Numbered from the whole stretch's first letter, positions 1 through 11,760 are shown. The stretch is DNA of 62,569 nt, filler included, from Globobulimina sp. (GCA_003354225.1; 42 parts of 42 records of this genome joined end to end with filler, not necessarily neighbours in it); one strand, 5' to 3'. Made by a program: numbers and translations. Notes: a model not told the origin generated them from the letters alone.

Positions 1-109
1 GCAAGAACAATCATACACTTCGTCAGAATTTGATCGTGTTGCAGATGATATAACTCTTAATGTTGAGTCGCATGCATATCCACATTATAATATTAGTTGT
101 ATATCGTTT

Positions 110-1183
110 TTGAATATACAGAAATATGGGTACACAATCACAAAAAAAATCGACAGCACAATGTCTGGTTGTAATTATAAAGGAAAACTGGTGGATAATA
201 ATATCAATGATATTGAGATCAAAAAAATAGAAATTAAAAAAGACGACAAAAACATCAAAAAAGAGGCACACATTTTAAAATATTTATCGTTTTTAAACAA
301 ACCGCCAGCAAATAACATTTGTGATTTTATTGATTTTCTACAAACAGAAACCGATTTTTATTTAATTTCGTCCGCAGCTCCATCACAATCACAAACATTA
401 ACGACATTTATTGAGACCGCACATAAATATATTTTCCAACACAAATTAAAATTAAAAGCTTGGCGAATTTGTGTAAAATTTATATTTTGGCAAATTACAG
501 TTTTATTATATTGGATGCATAATAATATGAATGTAGTTCATTTAAATTTAAATACTGATAACATATTAATTGAAAACACTAAATTTATAACTTGTAAACC
601 GGATAAATCCGACACAGAAACGATTGTTATTGAAACAAAAGGATTAAATGTAAAATTAATTAATTTTAGCTTAGCAGAAATATTTTCCTTTGACGATAAA
701 CACTCGTTTCAATGTGCAAAAAAAAGTAATTCTAAATATAACTGTCCACAGCGATTCGATGGATATATATTTAATGCGATGAAATCCGATTGTTATTCAT
801 TAGGAATCGTATTATATGAGATGTTAATTGGTGATAAACCATATAAATATCCCCGCGAAACGGATGAGGGTTATCTTGCATTTCAAACACAAAATGTTGA
901 CAAATATCTGCAGAAGAATGGTTTATCGAAACTTGTGACTAAAATAACTGTTTCATTGCTTGAAGGATTAATTAATATCGATGAATATGAGCGGATGGAT
1001 ACGCATCAAATATTACATCATGAATGGTTTCAACATTACGCAAAAAGGTATAAAAGACGTATTCAACAAAAAAGCCAATCACAATATCACAGACATCAAC
1101 AACAAAGAAATAATTTATATCAAGGTTTACCATTTTATTCATTGCAAAAAAATAATTTAAATAAAAAATATTGTACATTATGA
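110..1183 (+). CDS. Protein kinase-like protein, probable pseudokinase
   Basis: Kinase subdomains are recognisable (DCYSLGIVLYEML, ILHHEWF), but the catalytic loop reads HLNL and DFG reads NFS. Confidence 0.8.
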   Translation: MNIQKYGYTITKKIDSTMSGCNYKGKLVDNNINDIEIKKIEIKKDDKNIKKEAHILKYLSFLNKPPANNICDFIDFLQTETDFYLISSAAPSQSQTLTTFIETAHKYIFQHKLKLKAWRICVKFIFWQITVLLYWMHNNMNVVHLNLNTDNILIENTKFITCKPDKSDTETIVIETKGLNVKLINFSLAEIFSFDDKHSFQCAKKSNSKYNCPQRFDGYIFNAMKSDCYSLGIVLYEMLIGDKPYKYPRETDEGYLAFQTQNVDKYLQKNGLSKLVTKITVSLLEGLINIDEYERMDTHQILHHEWFQHYAKRYKRRIQQKSQSQYHRHQQQRNNLYQGLPFYSLQKNNLNKKYCTL

Positions 1184-1393
1184 CTTGATTATTTTTTTAT
1201 TTTTATTTGTATTAATAGTTACAAGTGACACGTTTCTTTTGTCCGTGTATTAAAGAACATTTATGTGCTGTTAAAATATTACAAAATGTTCTAAATTAAA
1301 TTTATTCGTCTGTTGTTAATTTTTATTATATAATATACGGATAGCACACAATGAACTGAATGAAGAATTTAGATTTTGGAGACGCCTTTTATT

Positions 1394-1493
1394 NNNNNNN
1401 NNNNNNNNNNNNNNNNNNNNNNNNNNNNNNNNNNNNNTTAATTAATTAANNNNNNNNNNNNNNNNNNNNNNNNNNNNNNNNNNNNNNNNNNNN
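1394..1493. other. Artificial contig-joining spacer (first of 41; they recur every 1491-1493 bp up to 61079-61178)
   Basis: Identical 100-bp N-run/TTAATTAATTAA/N-run with stops in all six frames. Contig lengths fall monotonically from 1393 to 1391. Confidence 0.99.
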
Positions 1494-1670
1494 GACGTGG
1501 TCGACTACGTCGATGCCAAACGCGACATGATTCGGGCTGGGCGTCAGTTGCGCAGCGATTACAACCTGAAGCCCTCCCAGGAGCTTGCGTACATTGTCAA
1601 ACCGTCGTCTTCGGACATAGCGGACGCATTGAGCGTGGAACTCGCGGGAATCAACAATCTGCTCCGGGGA
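1494..1670 (+). CDS. valS: Bacterial fragment resembling the valyl-tRNA synthetase C-terminal (anticodon-binding) region, truncated at a chimeric junction
   Basis: GC-rich; AKRDMIRAGRQLRSDYNLKPSQEL resembles the ValRS IRxxRxxRxxxNxxP segment. Confidence 0.5.
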
Positions 1671-2250
1671 TCGGTTTTAAAGTAGTACTCCACCCAATTG
1701 CCGATACCGTCACCGTCGGCATCGGCATTGCCGTCTTTTACATTGGGATCCAGGTTATTGTCCGCCTCATAACCGTCGGGCATGCCGTCTCCGTCCGTAT
1801 CTGGGTTGCACGGATCGGTTTCACCCAGATTGCTTTCGAACACACCATTTTGATTGGTATCTTCCCTGCCGTCAATGAGGCCGTCATTGTCCGTGTCTGC
1901 GATATCGGGGTTCGTACAGGACGCCGCTTCAACCGTATTGAGGATGAGGTCCTGGTCGGTGTCAAGAGGGGTAATTTTCAGCAGCCCCCCTTTGACAACA
2001 GAAAACCCAGGATTCAATGTAACCCTATTGATTGCTCCCAGGGAGAGATCTCCGCTGGATGTAACCACGGTTGTCCCCTGGGATTGAATGGTGTCATACC
2101 CCGAATGGACTACCTGGGAATCTATGGTTCCATTCAGAGTCAGGTTTTCGGCAAAACCTGTGGTGTGAATGATCAGCACCGCTATAAAACCGTAAAATAT
2201 CGATTTGATTCTCAATGTCTTGGCCCCGTAAATAAGTTTGAGTTTCGGCA
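1670..2250 (-). CDS. Bacterial secreted protein with Ca-binding DxDxDG (thrombospondin type-3-like) repeats, partial
   Basis: Hydrophobic signal-like stretch, VTLNPGFSV beta motif, then DTDNDGLIDG, DTDGDGMPDGYE and DADGDGIGNWVEY repeats. GC is higher than the host. Confidence 0.75.
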
Positions 2251-2284
2251 AAACAGTATCTATTGTAAATTTTGGAAAACATCT

Positions 2285-2769
2285 CACATCGTACGGAATT
2301 TTTACAAATGTCACATCGTATAACAATATAAAGTTAACAAAATATCTCACATCGTATAAAACGTTAAATTTAAATATCACACATGTCTATCAAAAATTAC
2401 ATCGTTTGCAAATGTTATATATACTGATTAAAAATATCATGTTTTATAGGTACAAATAAATCAAAGAATAACTGTAATTAAATAATACATCATAGATCAC
2501 TGTATCATTTTAAGGAATATATATTCGAAATCCCTTTTAATGCAACTAACAATTTCAAAATCGATGCAATAATCGACGAATTCGTGAACCGAGACCACAC
2601 CCACAAATTCCAAATCTACAAAACGGTGTTTTTATTAAATAATACATCGTTTAAAAAAGAAATATGAAGGAAGAAGTATATAATAAATAAAGACACAAAT
2701 GTTACATCGTTACCGTTTTTAACAAATGTTACATCGTTTATCCATAGTAAACAAAATTAACGATGTAAC
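2285..2769. repeat. Dispersed (C/T)ACATCGT motif cluster
   Basis: Copies near 2285, 2312, 2348, 2398, 2643, 2703 and 2730, plus an inverted copy at 2759-2769. Confidence 0.8.
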
Positions 2770-2986
2770 TTTTAACGTATCATTAGTTATGAAACTGGGC
2801 CATCAATATAATAACTTTTTTAAAAAGTGCATGCAAGCCAGGATGTAATAGTAATTTATTGCTGCTAAAATGATTTTGTTCAGTTTNNNNNNNNNNNNNN
2901 NNNNNNNNNNNNNNNNNNNNNNNNNNNNNNTTAATTAATTAANNNNNNNNNNNNNNNNNNNNNNNNNNNNNNNNNNNNNNNNNNNN

Positions 2987-4024
2987 GCTGCATTGAATGT
3001 GTCACCAGCACCTAAAGTATCCACCACTTTGCTGTCATTTGCTGGATTATAAGACTTACAAAATATAATATTATCACAATTACTTAATTCAACACAATAA
3101 GCACCATAACAACCCCATGGTATTACAAATATTTTATCATTCAATACATCCAATTCATGTTTATATTTATTAACCATTTGTTTTAAATATCTTATTGGAT
3201 TATCATCATTGTAACCAATCTCTGTCAAATACTGGCGGCTTAATTTATAATTAAAGTATTGTTCCGATATAAACACAGTGCTTCATTAATATCACAATGT
3301 GTAACATTTCAATGTTTCTTTGTGTATCAGAACAATACCTTAAAAATATAATATCTGACAATAATATAACTTTATCAATAATATTTTTTGCTGCAGTCAA
3401 TGCCTCCGAACTGTTATCAGACAAATTTTCATAAAAATAGGCTGTCTCAAATTCCGTTGCCACTTTAATTTTGTTTTTATATTTGTCTTTAATAAATTCA
3501 ATCATTTTCGACATTTCTTTCAACCATTTCAACTCAAAAAAAACCAAATTAAATGTATCTGATAAATTTTCAGTCGATAATTTGTTGTTAATTTGATAGC
3601 AAAATTGTTCAAATGTTAATTGATATTTATATGTATTATGTGCAATAGTTCGTGAACCATTTTGTTTCGATATAAATATATATGATTTTGATACCTGATT
3701 GTTTTTATTATAGAAACATAAATCAAAATTGATATTTGGATATCTCTTTAAATCATTTATAATGAATAATGAGTTTTGTTTTGAAGATAATGTTCCCATA
3801 AAATGTATTTGTTTTGTATCATTGTTTAGTTTGGCATATTTGTTTTGCAATAATGTATAAACTACACATGAAGTGGATGCATCTCCACCACGTTGACTAT
3901 ATGCTGGTGCTATATTTATTAGAGTGTCCTCAATCGGATAATCCAATACATTGATTATAATATCCTCACAAGCTAATCCAACGAATAAGACCCCTTTATC
4001 ACAAGGACAAAGCAATCGTTTCAT
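2987..4024 (-). CDS. KHK: Ketohexokinase-like PfkB sugar kinase; intron 3239-3338; 3' truncated
   Basis: VGLACEDII..YPIED, RGGDAS and DTLGAGDTFNA motifs. Removing the GT-AG intron restores IIFLSRQY. Confidence 0.85.
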
Positions 4025-4260
4025 GCTGACACGATGCTGCGGACTGCAAGAGTCGAAATCCGATCACCAAAAAAACGTGAACTGGAGTTATATCTCCGAA
4101 CTCGTCGTTAATATTTTCTAAAAGCGTATTTAGTTTGCTTATAAATTGTCGATTCTCATCATAATGAGGCTAAATGAACATGTCAACATGACATGATATA
4201 AATGGTAGCCTCGTACATCTATCAATTCAGTAAAATATGCTAAATAAAGTACCTGAAAGT

Positions 4261-4357
4261 ACTTTTCGTGATAATTCTACTTTTCGTGAAATTTGCATAC
4301 AACTTGTATAGGAGATATACTTTTCGTGACAAATACTTTTCGTGAAATTTTCGTGAA
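4261..4357. repeat. Cluster of five (AC)TTTTCGTGA motifs
   Basis: Five direct copies within ~100 bp at the contig end. Confidence 0.8.
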
Positions 4358-4479
4358 TATCCAAGTGCTAGAATTTCAGNNNNNNNNNNNNNNNNNNNNN
4401 NNNNNNNNNNNNNNNNNNNNNNNTTAATTAATTAANNNNNNNNNNNNNNNNNNNNNNNNNNNNNNNNNNNNNNNNNNNN

Positions 4480-4553
4480 TTCTATAAATATATTAGTACA
4501 ACTAATATATATATTAGTACTAATATGCGTACCTCTTATCGGGAACACTACTG
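4480..4553. mobile_element. Terminus of a Tc1/mariner-like DNA transposon or MITE
   Basis: About 70 bp shared with 32866-32935, ending TCTTATCGGGAACACTACTG followed by TA (reverse strand TA|CAGTAGTG...). Confidence 0.75.
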
Positions 4554-5210
4554 TATCGGGTCAACGTTTATCGGTTCGACGGTTATTGGCCCAACAGTTG
4601 TTGCCGCACCATCTGAAGCATTTTGCCCAGCAACAATTCGCCTATTAAACAAGTGTAGTTGGAGCACCTTCGTAGATTCGCATTTCAAAATCTGTAACTT
4701 CCCCTTCCCATACATCACCTAATGATGTGTGGTTTGCAGCAAATACAGAATGAGATTGACTGCAAACATCAATATTACGTTCATTATTATGTTGAGTTGT
4801 TTCGAATACATCGTCACATATTTGAACATGTAAATGTTTACTTGTGTATTGAATGAAAACGTCATATTCCCTAAAATATCCATTGTCAGCAATGTATCTT
4901 GGATGGTATGTCGGATAATATATTGTGCAGTGAATACCATCTATGATTACACTAAATAATCCCCTAATTCCCCTTCGACACCCTAAATGCCAAACGTTAA
5001 TGAAGTTCATTGATGTAATGATAGACCCTGAATATATTCCAGTGTCTGGAACGAATTTGAATTTGATATCAATATTACAACTTATTTACAAGTTGGTGTA
5101 ATTTGTAATTTTCCAATTTCATAATCTTTGGAAACTCGAAAATCTGATTATAAATTGGATATAAATCAAATAGATATTGACAATAAAAAATAGAATGAAA
5201 TAATACTAAA

Positions 5211-5575
5211 CGTGAAGACATAAGACAATGATCATTTGATTTGATTTCCCATACAATATCGCAATCATCCATAATTGATCCAATACCTTCAACGTCGCCA
5301 ATTACATCTGAATCAGTTCCAACATGTCCATTTAAGTCGACTGGTTGTCCTCTCACCATTAATACATAGGATGGCATGTTCCATTGCCCAGCAACTCTTT
5401 CAATTTCTTGCTTTACTTGTCCTACACGGACAGTTCCATAATTATCAACATCAACACATATTGCTTCTTGTTGACCTGAGTTTGCATTTTTGATGACAAT
5501 GACAGCATCATTCAACTGAATGACTGATAACAATAATAATAATAACAATAACTTTGCTTTGTCTAAATATTTCAT
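5211..5575 (-). CDS. Signal peptide plus ubiquitin-like domain (probable first exon)
   Basis: Poly-Leu signal, then IVIKNANSG...VRVGQVKQEIERVAG...YVLMVRGQPV, matching the ubiquitin beta-grasp pattern. Confidence 0.5.
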
Positions 5576-6360
5576 GATATTGCTAACAAGCTTAATCAAT
5601 TGTAAAAGCAGTTTAGTTTGGTTGCGTCGGAGATTGTAGATTTCGTCGGAGATTGGTTGCTGCGAATATACGTAATTAAATTGTGTAAGCTCAGCAGCTG
5701 CATGGTTCGTGTCATTTTAAATTTCAATGGAAGGACTGCATATTACTTTAAGTCAGAGATTGCGAAGTTGAGAGAAATTTTGGTATGCAAAGTAAATATT
5801 TGTGGTTATGGATATGTGCTTGCCAGAGACATATTCACTAATTACATTTAAAAGAGATCCACACTTTGAGTTNNNNNNNNNNNNNNNNNNNNNNNNNNNN
5901 NNNNNNNNNNNNNNNNTTAATTAATTAANNNNNNNNNNNNNNNNNNNNNNNNNNNNNNNNNNNNNNNNNNNNAATGAAGCTATATTTCTTGCGTTTGTTC
6001 TGGGTTTGTTATAACTTTGTCTTGGCTTTGCCAATCTATACTTTCTCAGTACTTTGATTCAGATGGATTATCCTCGCACACCAGGCCGATGGTGATACTC
6101 TAAATTGAACGATATATTTCTCTTTTTAGCAGTATCATCGTAAACCAAAGTAATAGAATTTGAAGGAGTGAGTGGATTTAGTGGATTATCCAATGGTTTA
6201 AGTTGCTCGTATTTCATTGAAAATGTCTACGAAAAAATTTTACAAACTGCACAATATAATATAATAAAAAAAAAATATTAATAGAAATTAAAACTGCACA
6301 AAAAAATGTAATACTAATACTAGCTTACAAAAAAATCCCCACATTTAAGAATCAAGTCAA

Positions 6361-7365
6361 TTAAGCATTAGCTCCATAAGTAACAACATCATGATTTCCA
6401 GTTGAAAGTAATGTATATTCATGTCCTTTCTTCATATTTCTTAATCTCGATAAACAACCAATAAATGCTAACACCACAACAAATAACAATGCAACAAATA
6501 AATAGGTAAATGTAGATTGCTGCGAATTAGTATTCTTATCTACAGATACAGCAACGGCGGCGGTTTCTGGGCCTGCGGGTGGATCTAACTCCTCCTTAGG
6601 ACCTGCGGGTGGACCTTTTGGCCCTGCGGGACCATCTTGGTTCAAATCCTGTTTTTTTTGCAAACCCTCTTTTTGTTTTTCCTTTTTTTTTAAAAACCAT
6701 TTCTGTTCATCATCTTCAAATATTTCGGGTGCACACCAACCAGATTCAGCATCGGCTAATAATGACTCATCATAAAATGTACCAATATCATATACGACTC
6801 CCCAATCTTCGAATTCCCATAACATTCGCGGTGTGATCTCAAATTTTGACGTTATGGACCATTTTTTGGTGGCTAAAAAATCAAAACGATATGCTTCGTC
6901 CAATTCGATCGTACCGCATTCATCGTATCCCTCGCCACATTCTGCGGTGTATGCGTCTGGATATTCGTGTAAATCATCGGCAGAGATGGTGTTATAACCA
7001 TGACACGTCGCCCACATCGCCCGTATATACGCCACGAATGAGTGTAACGGCATAAATATAGGATCGTCGGGAGAATAGCCGGTGGCCATGGCACATAAAT
7101 CGCATTGCGCAAAAAACCAATGAACATGTTGATGGAATAAAACAATGCCACCTTTGAATGGTATAAATTCTTCTCGTGTCATACACTCAGCAATTTCCGG
7201 CGCGGTCGGCAATAATATTGTTGGCTCAACAGCTCGTTTTAAACAACAGCCAATGGCAAAATCCTCCGTTTCCGCACATAAATTCTGTTCAATGATGGGC
7301 CACTTTTCAACAGTCCATAAACCACCATCGACACATTGGTCATGTTCAGGATTACCGTCACCGCC
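6361..7365 (-). CDS. Tyrosinase-family (type-3 copper) protein with C-terminal TM anchor; 5' truncated
   Basis: CuB-like FHQHVH and SPDDPIFMPLHSFV, a Gly/Pro linker, and TM helix FTYLFVALLFVVVLAFIGCL. Confidence 0.75.
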   Translation of the reverse strand, partial: GGDGNPEHDQCVDGGLWTVEKWPIIEQNLCAETEDFAIGCCLKRAVEPTILLPTAPEIAECMTREEFIPFKGGIVLFHQHVHWFFAQCDLCAMATGYSPDDPIFMPLHSFVAYIRAMWATCHGYNTISADDLHEYPDAYTAECGEGYDECGTIELDEAYRFDFLATKKWSITSKFEITPRMLWEFEDWGVVYDIGTFYDESLLADAESGWCAPEIFEDDEQKWFLKKKEKQKEGLQKKQDLNQDGPAGPKGPPAGPKEELDPPAGPETAAVAVSVDKNTNSQQSTFTYLFVALLFVVVLAFIGCLSRLRNMKKGHEYTLLSTGNHDVVTYGANA

Positions 7366-7465
7366 NNNNNNNNNNNNNNNNNNNNNNNNNNNNNNNNNNN
7401 NNNNNNNNNTTAATTAATTAANNNNNNNNNNNNNNNNNNNNNNNNNNNNNNNNNNNNNNNNNNNN

Positions 7466-8858
7466 ATCATGATTTTGACACCATCTGCAGGCACAGCTGC
7501 ACTTGTAGAAGATCTGTTAGCACAACGATGGAACAATGCGGAAAAACGACCAAGATGCAAAACAGTGGATTCTGCTCAAGGTCAGGAATATCCATGCGTA
7601 ATCTTTCTCATGGTACGTTGTGCAAGTATGGATCATTTGGCAAAATTTTGGTCTATGTAGGTACGCGTGGATGGAAATACAGAACGTCCAGAATTCGAAC
7701 GACATTACCCCAATTACGATCATGAGATAATTCCTATTTACACCAAAGTTTGGTTCACCGGATTTTTACAAAGTCCAAATCGTATCAATGTGGCTACGAG
7801 CCGACATCAACAAGCATTGATTGTTCTTGGTGATCCTTTAACAGGTGATCTCAGTAAGCCTTTGTATCAACTCAGTCGATTGGCATTGGCAAATCATGCT
7901 TTGTTTGAAGACGGTGTCGCAGCATGGATCAGAATATCAGAACACAATCGTAACTTCTGGTACAACAAGGAACATCAAATGAAACCATTGATAAACATCC
8001 GAGCTGAATCAATAGCAAAATTGGGAGAACATCGACCATTGCCAATGTGTAAAACAGATGCACTTGAGAAATGGATGTACGAAGATTCCAAATTCCCTGA
8101 AGCAGACCGTGAAGAGATACAATTACCACAACAACGACAATTGAAATTGATTACAAGAGAATCAACGGCAGGTAATGTTTTGGGTCTCAACATGATTTTT
8201 TCAGACAACAATTACACCAATTGTGAAATACGTGGGTCATGTGATACTGATCCTGAAGCATCTGACCATTTCTATCGGGAAAACTTGTCAGCAGCCTATG
8301 ATGCTAATCCCAGAGACAGAGAAGGTGAAGAACAAGGTGGTGTATTACCAGATGACGTAGGTTATGTTGATGAAAGTGAGATGACAGTGTGGAAAGCAAA
8401 TCAGGTAATCACGGGTGGTCCATTCCTTCCAGTTGCTGAGACAGAATTGGCAACAAAAGCAATGATGTCGGAAGCAATACAAGCTGTTACAAGTCTGGTA
8501 GGAAGAGAGGTTATGGAAGCCACACTCAAGGAAAGAAAAGAGAAGGCTGGAACTAGCGGATTAGGCAAGGTAATGAACCAAATTCAAGCAGAACAAGTCA
8601 GGTCAGTTGCAATGGAAATCGATGAAGATGAACCAGTGGAGTCACCAAACATGGCCTATGATCCCACACAATGGTTGGAAACATACGATTTGGTTGCACC
8701 AAATTTGACATTGCCACAAACATTTGATGACGTGATGGCAACAGGTAGACATGTCCTACAAGTAAACTGGCATGGATTTACAGTAGAACAAATCCTTCAA
8801 TTGAAACTTCCCAAGTACATGGATGTACATCTCAAAAGTGATGCTGGAACGGAAGATC
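7466..8858 (+). pseudogene. Upf1/DNA2-like SF1 helicase C-terminal (AAA_12) domain with a long C-terminal extension; in-frame TAG at 7658-7660
   Basis: ILTP, TVDSAQGQE and NRINVATSR motifs. Collinear with 56149-56605, where this codon is TAT. Confidence 0.8.
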
Positions 8859-8958
8859 NNNNNNNNNNNNNNNNNNNNNNNNNNNNNNNNNNNNNNNNNN
8901 NNTTAATTAATTAANNNNNNNNNNNNNNNNNNNNNNNNNNNNNNNNNNNNNNNNNNNN

Positions 8959-9068
8959 GCCAGAACACACTCCAGACACCACACAAAAGTGCAGACAGAA
9001 CACACGCGACACAAAAGCAGACAGAACACACCCCACACACCACACAAAAGAGCAGACAGAACACACAC
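8959..9068. repeat. Degenerate CA-rich tandem repeat (CAGACAGAACACAC...CACAAAAG), probably intronic
   Basis: About four units; on the minus strand the array begins at a GT donor after KWK. Confidence 0.75.
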
Positions 9069-9472
9069 CTTTTCCATTTTTCCAAATCACTGCTGTCGTC
9101 ATACCAGGCTCGAAACTTTGAAAAAATGTCCATTTCCCATTGGAACATTTTTGACCATATATCTAAATGATTGGCGTTATTTATTATTATGCTTTCTTCT
9201 GAGTTGATGTCCATATATTGAGCAGCCATACGGGCATTGCGTACATAATAAATGATTGAAAATGAGATTCCTGATTTGCCCCATGATGGATTATAATCAT
9301 ATGCATGCTGTGAATTTAATAATGATTGAATCGCTGTGTTATCATATAATTGTTGTGCTACTTCACTAAAGGGTGGCGACACAAATTCCAGAATATCTTC
9401 GTCTCGATCGCATAATACATCAAATACACAGATCATCAGTATAATTGCGGACAGAGACAAGAACGCAGCCAT
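9069..9472 (-). CDS. Secreted hypothetical protein, first exon
   Basis: ATG and a hydrophobic signal peptide; ends at a GT donor. Confidence 0.55.
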
Positions 9473-9644
9473 TGTTGTCTACACTAACAGTATTATTTAA
9501 AACTTTTCCCTCGATATCCGACCATTGCTGCAAAACAATGTTGCCGTTATATCTGTATATCAATTGATCACAGCATATTTAGTATTTAATTTATACGTCT
9601 ATATATAAACAATACGTATATATAATATAGAAAACAAACAACAA

Positions 9645-10143
9645 ATGACGCCAACATCAACATTATCTGTCAGTGCATTCATTTGTTATTTTGGGTATAA
9701 TTTTTTTGATCAACATTGTCACAAAGATGCATATCAAACAATACAAACATCAGAAACATTCGTTGATATACATAACAATGAATGGAGTGCGTCACAAGTA
9801 TTATTTGTCAAAGCATTTATAGCTGCATTGACCAGTGGTTTAGGCGGCTTTCCCTTATATTTAGTAGGCGAACTACCTGTGCATGTGATGGGTTTTTGTA
9901 TTATATTTGCAGCGGGATTGATGAGTGGATGTTCAGTTATTTTATTCAACGAAGCTTTGCAGTTCGAAGCATCATTATTTTATGTCTCTATGTATGCCAT
10001 CATTGGTATGCTGGCTATCCATTTAATATCACATCTTGTGAGTGATATTGACGATTTTGAGTTTGCGGGATTGAAAGGACAATCTGCGTCAAAAGCATTT
10101 ATTATCGTATTGTCTATGGGACTGCATTCCATCGGCGAAGGAG
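9645..10143 (+). CDS. ZIP-family (ZupT/ZIP11-like) metal transporter, 5' exon
   Basis: ALTSGLGG, FAAGLM and MGLHSIGEG motifs with TM helices. Confidence 0.85.
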
Positions 10144-11207
10144 TTAAGTTATTTGATATTATCCTTACACACTGACTGACACATCATTAGACATTGTGCA
10201 TTTAAGTGAAAAGAAAGTAAAATCACTAATTGAGTTGATTTTATCCGTCTACAATCAATATTTAACAGACTAAACGAATAAATACTGAATTATGTCACCG
10301 TATTTATATGTAAAAGGACATAATAAACAATTACTTACATATTTTGTAGCANNNNNNNNNNNNNNNNNNNNNNNNNNNNNNNNNNNNNNNNNNNNTTAAT
10401 TAATTAANNNNNNNNNNNNNNNNNNNNNNNNNNNNNNNNNNNNNNNNNNNNGCAAACCACAGAGTAAAACGATATCAAATGTACATGGTATCTATGAAAC
10501 TAGTACTTGTAGCAATATAAAATAATTTATTAACGAATGCGTTATGTTTGCATATGCTTCTGTTAAATGCATTTATATATTGGGAATAGTCAATAGTATA
10601 TGATCACATTCCCAGGTTCTTACATCCAAATTGATATTAAGAACATGAGAAAAGCTGAAATATTAGCTGGGGCTGGCGGCAGTGCAGGATGCGAGTTTGA
10701 CCATTTTCATATGTGGACCAGCACTGAATGTGTCGCATCGCATTACACTGTGGATGGTGATTCAGGAAATGCTCTATTTGTACCGGATGAATGTCCCCGA
10801 TATCGACAATGATATTGCGGTTACACCTATGGTGAAGCTTTCAGACATTGTCAAGATCAGCTTCCCTCATTACGCTTACTTTCCCTGTAGATTGGTTTGG
10901 AAGGATTGGTTTTGAGATTTTGTATAATGGTTTGGATTTTTTTTATTTTAAACGCGTATAATTTGGCGTTTGTATGGGTTTGTATGAGTTTGTATGAGTT
11001 TGTATAAGGGTGTATTTTATTTTAATCTCAAAACTGAACCCTCTGAACCAATCTACAGGGAAAGTATGTACCATGGCAGTTTGGTTAACGTTTTTACATT
11101 TTATGTTTGTTTTATGCTTGTTTTTGCGTTTTATACATTAAGGAAATTGCAGCGGGAGCAGCTGATTACAGAGTACATTTATTTTCGTTTGCAAATATAA
11201 AAATTAT

Positions 11208-11760
11208 TTATAGAAGTTGAAACACTTCAATGTCATTTATATTTGTTTGATAAACACCACCACTCTGATAATGACCGCTTTGCGGAAATGGATGGAATGT
11301 TGATGGATCGTTTGCACGAACAGTATTTTCTTTTCCATTTATCCAAACATCAGTCCCACATCCCCACATACAATAATTTGAAGTTGTATCGTTACCTACA
11401 AACTGCATTGCGTAGATTGCTTTTTCTGATTTAATATTTGCAATTGCCGGACTGTAATTTTTGGATGATCTGATTGAAAATAAAAAAGCTTTCTCATCTT
11501 TTGTGAATTGTGATGAAGTATTCCATCCAGAACTGGTATAACCACCAAATACATTATTATTCGAATTATGTATAATAACCATCAAATTACCAATATCATA
11601 ACATTTATCGCCAAAAGCTATTGAATTAATTCCATCAGTCTGACCTCGATATATTAAATTCCATTGTTTATTTCCTAAATCTTTACCATTGCTTGACAAC
11701 AAGGATACAAATGTCGCAATTTCTGTTGATGTTAATATTGATGATGTAATTCTCTCTGAA
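11208..11760 (-). CDS. TLDc-domain protein, last exon
   Basis: WNLIYRGQTDG, NVFGGYTS, DEKAFLFS and DIEVF. Confidence 0.9.

Noticed and set aside
1559-2380. 273-aa ORF as one complete gene
   Set aside because: Both ends run across apparent chimeric junctions into unrelated sequence.
7658-7660. TAG-to-Tyr genetic code reassignment
   Set aside because: One instance in about 900 helicase codons; host genes end in TAA/TAG/TGA, and this copy has other signs of decay.
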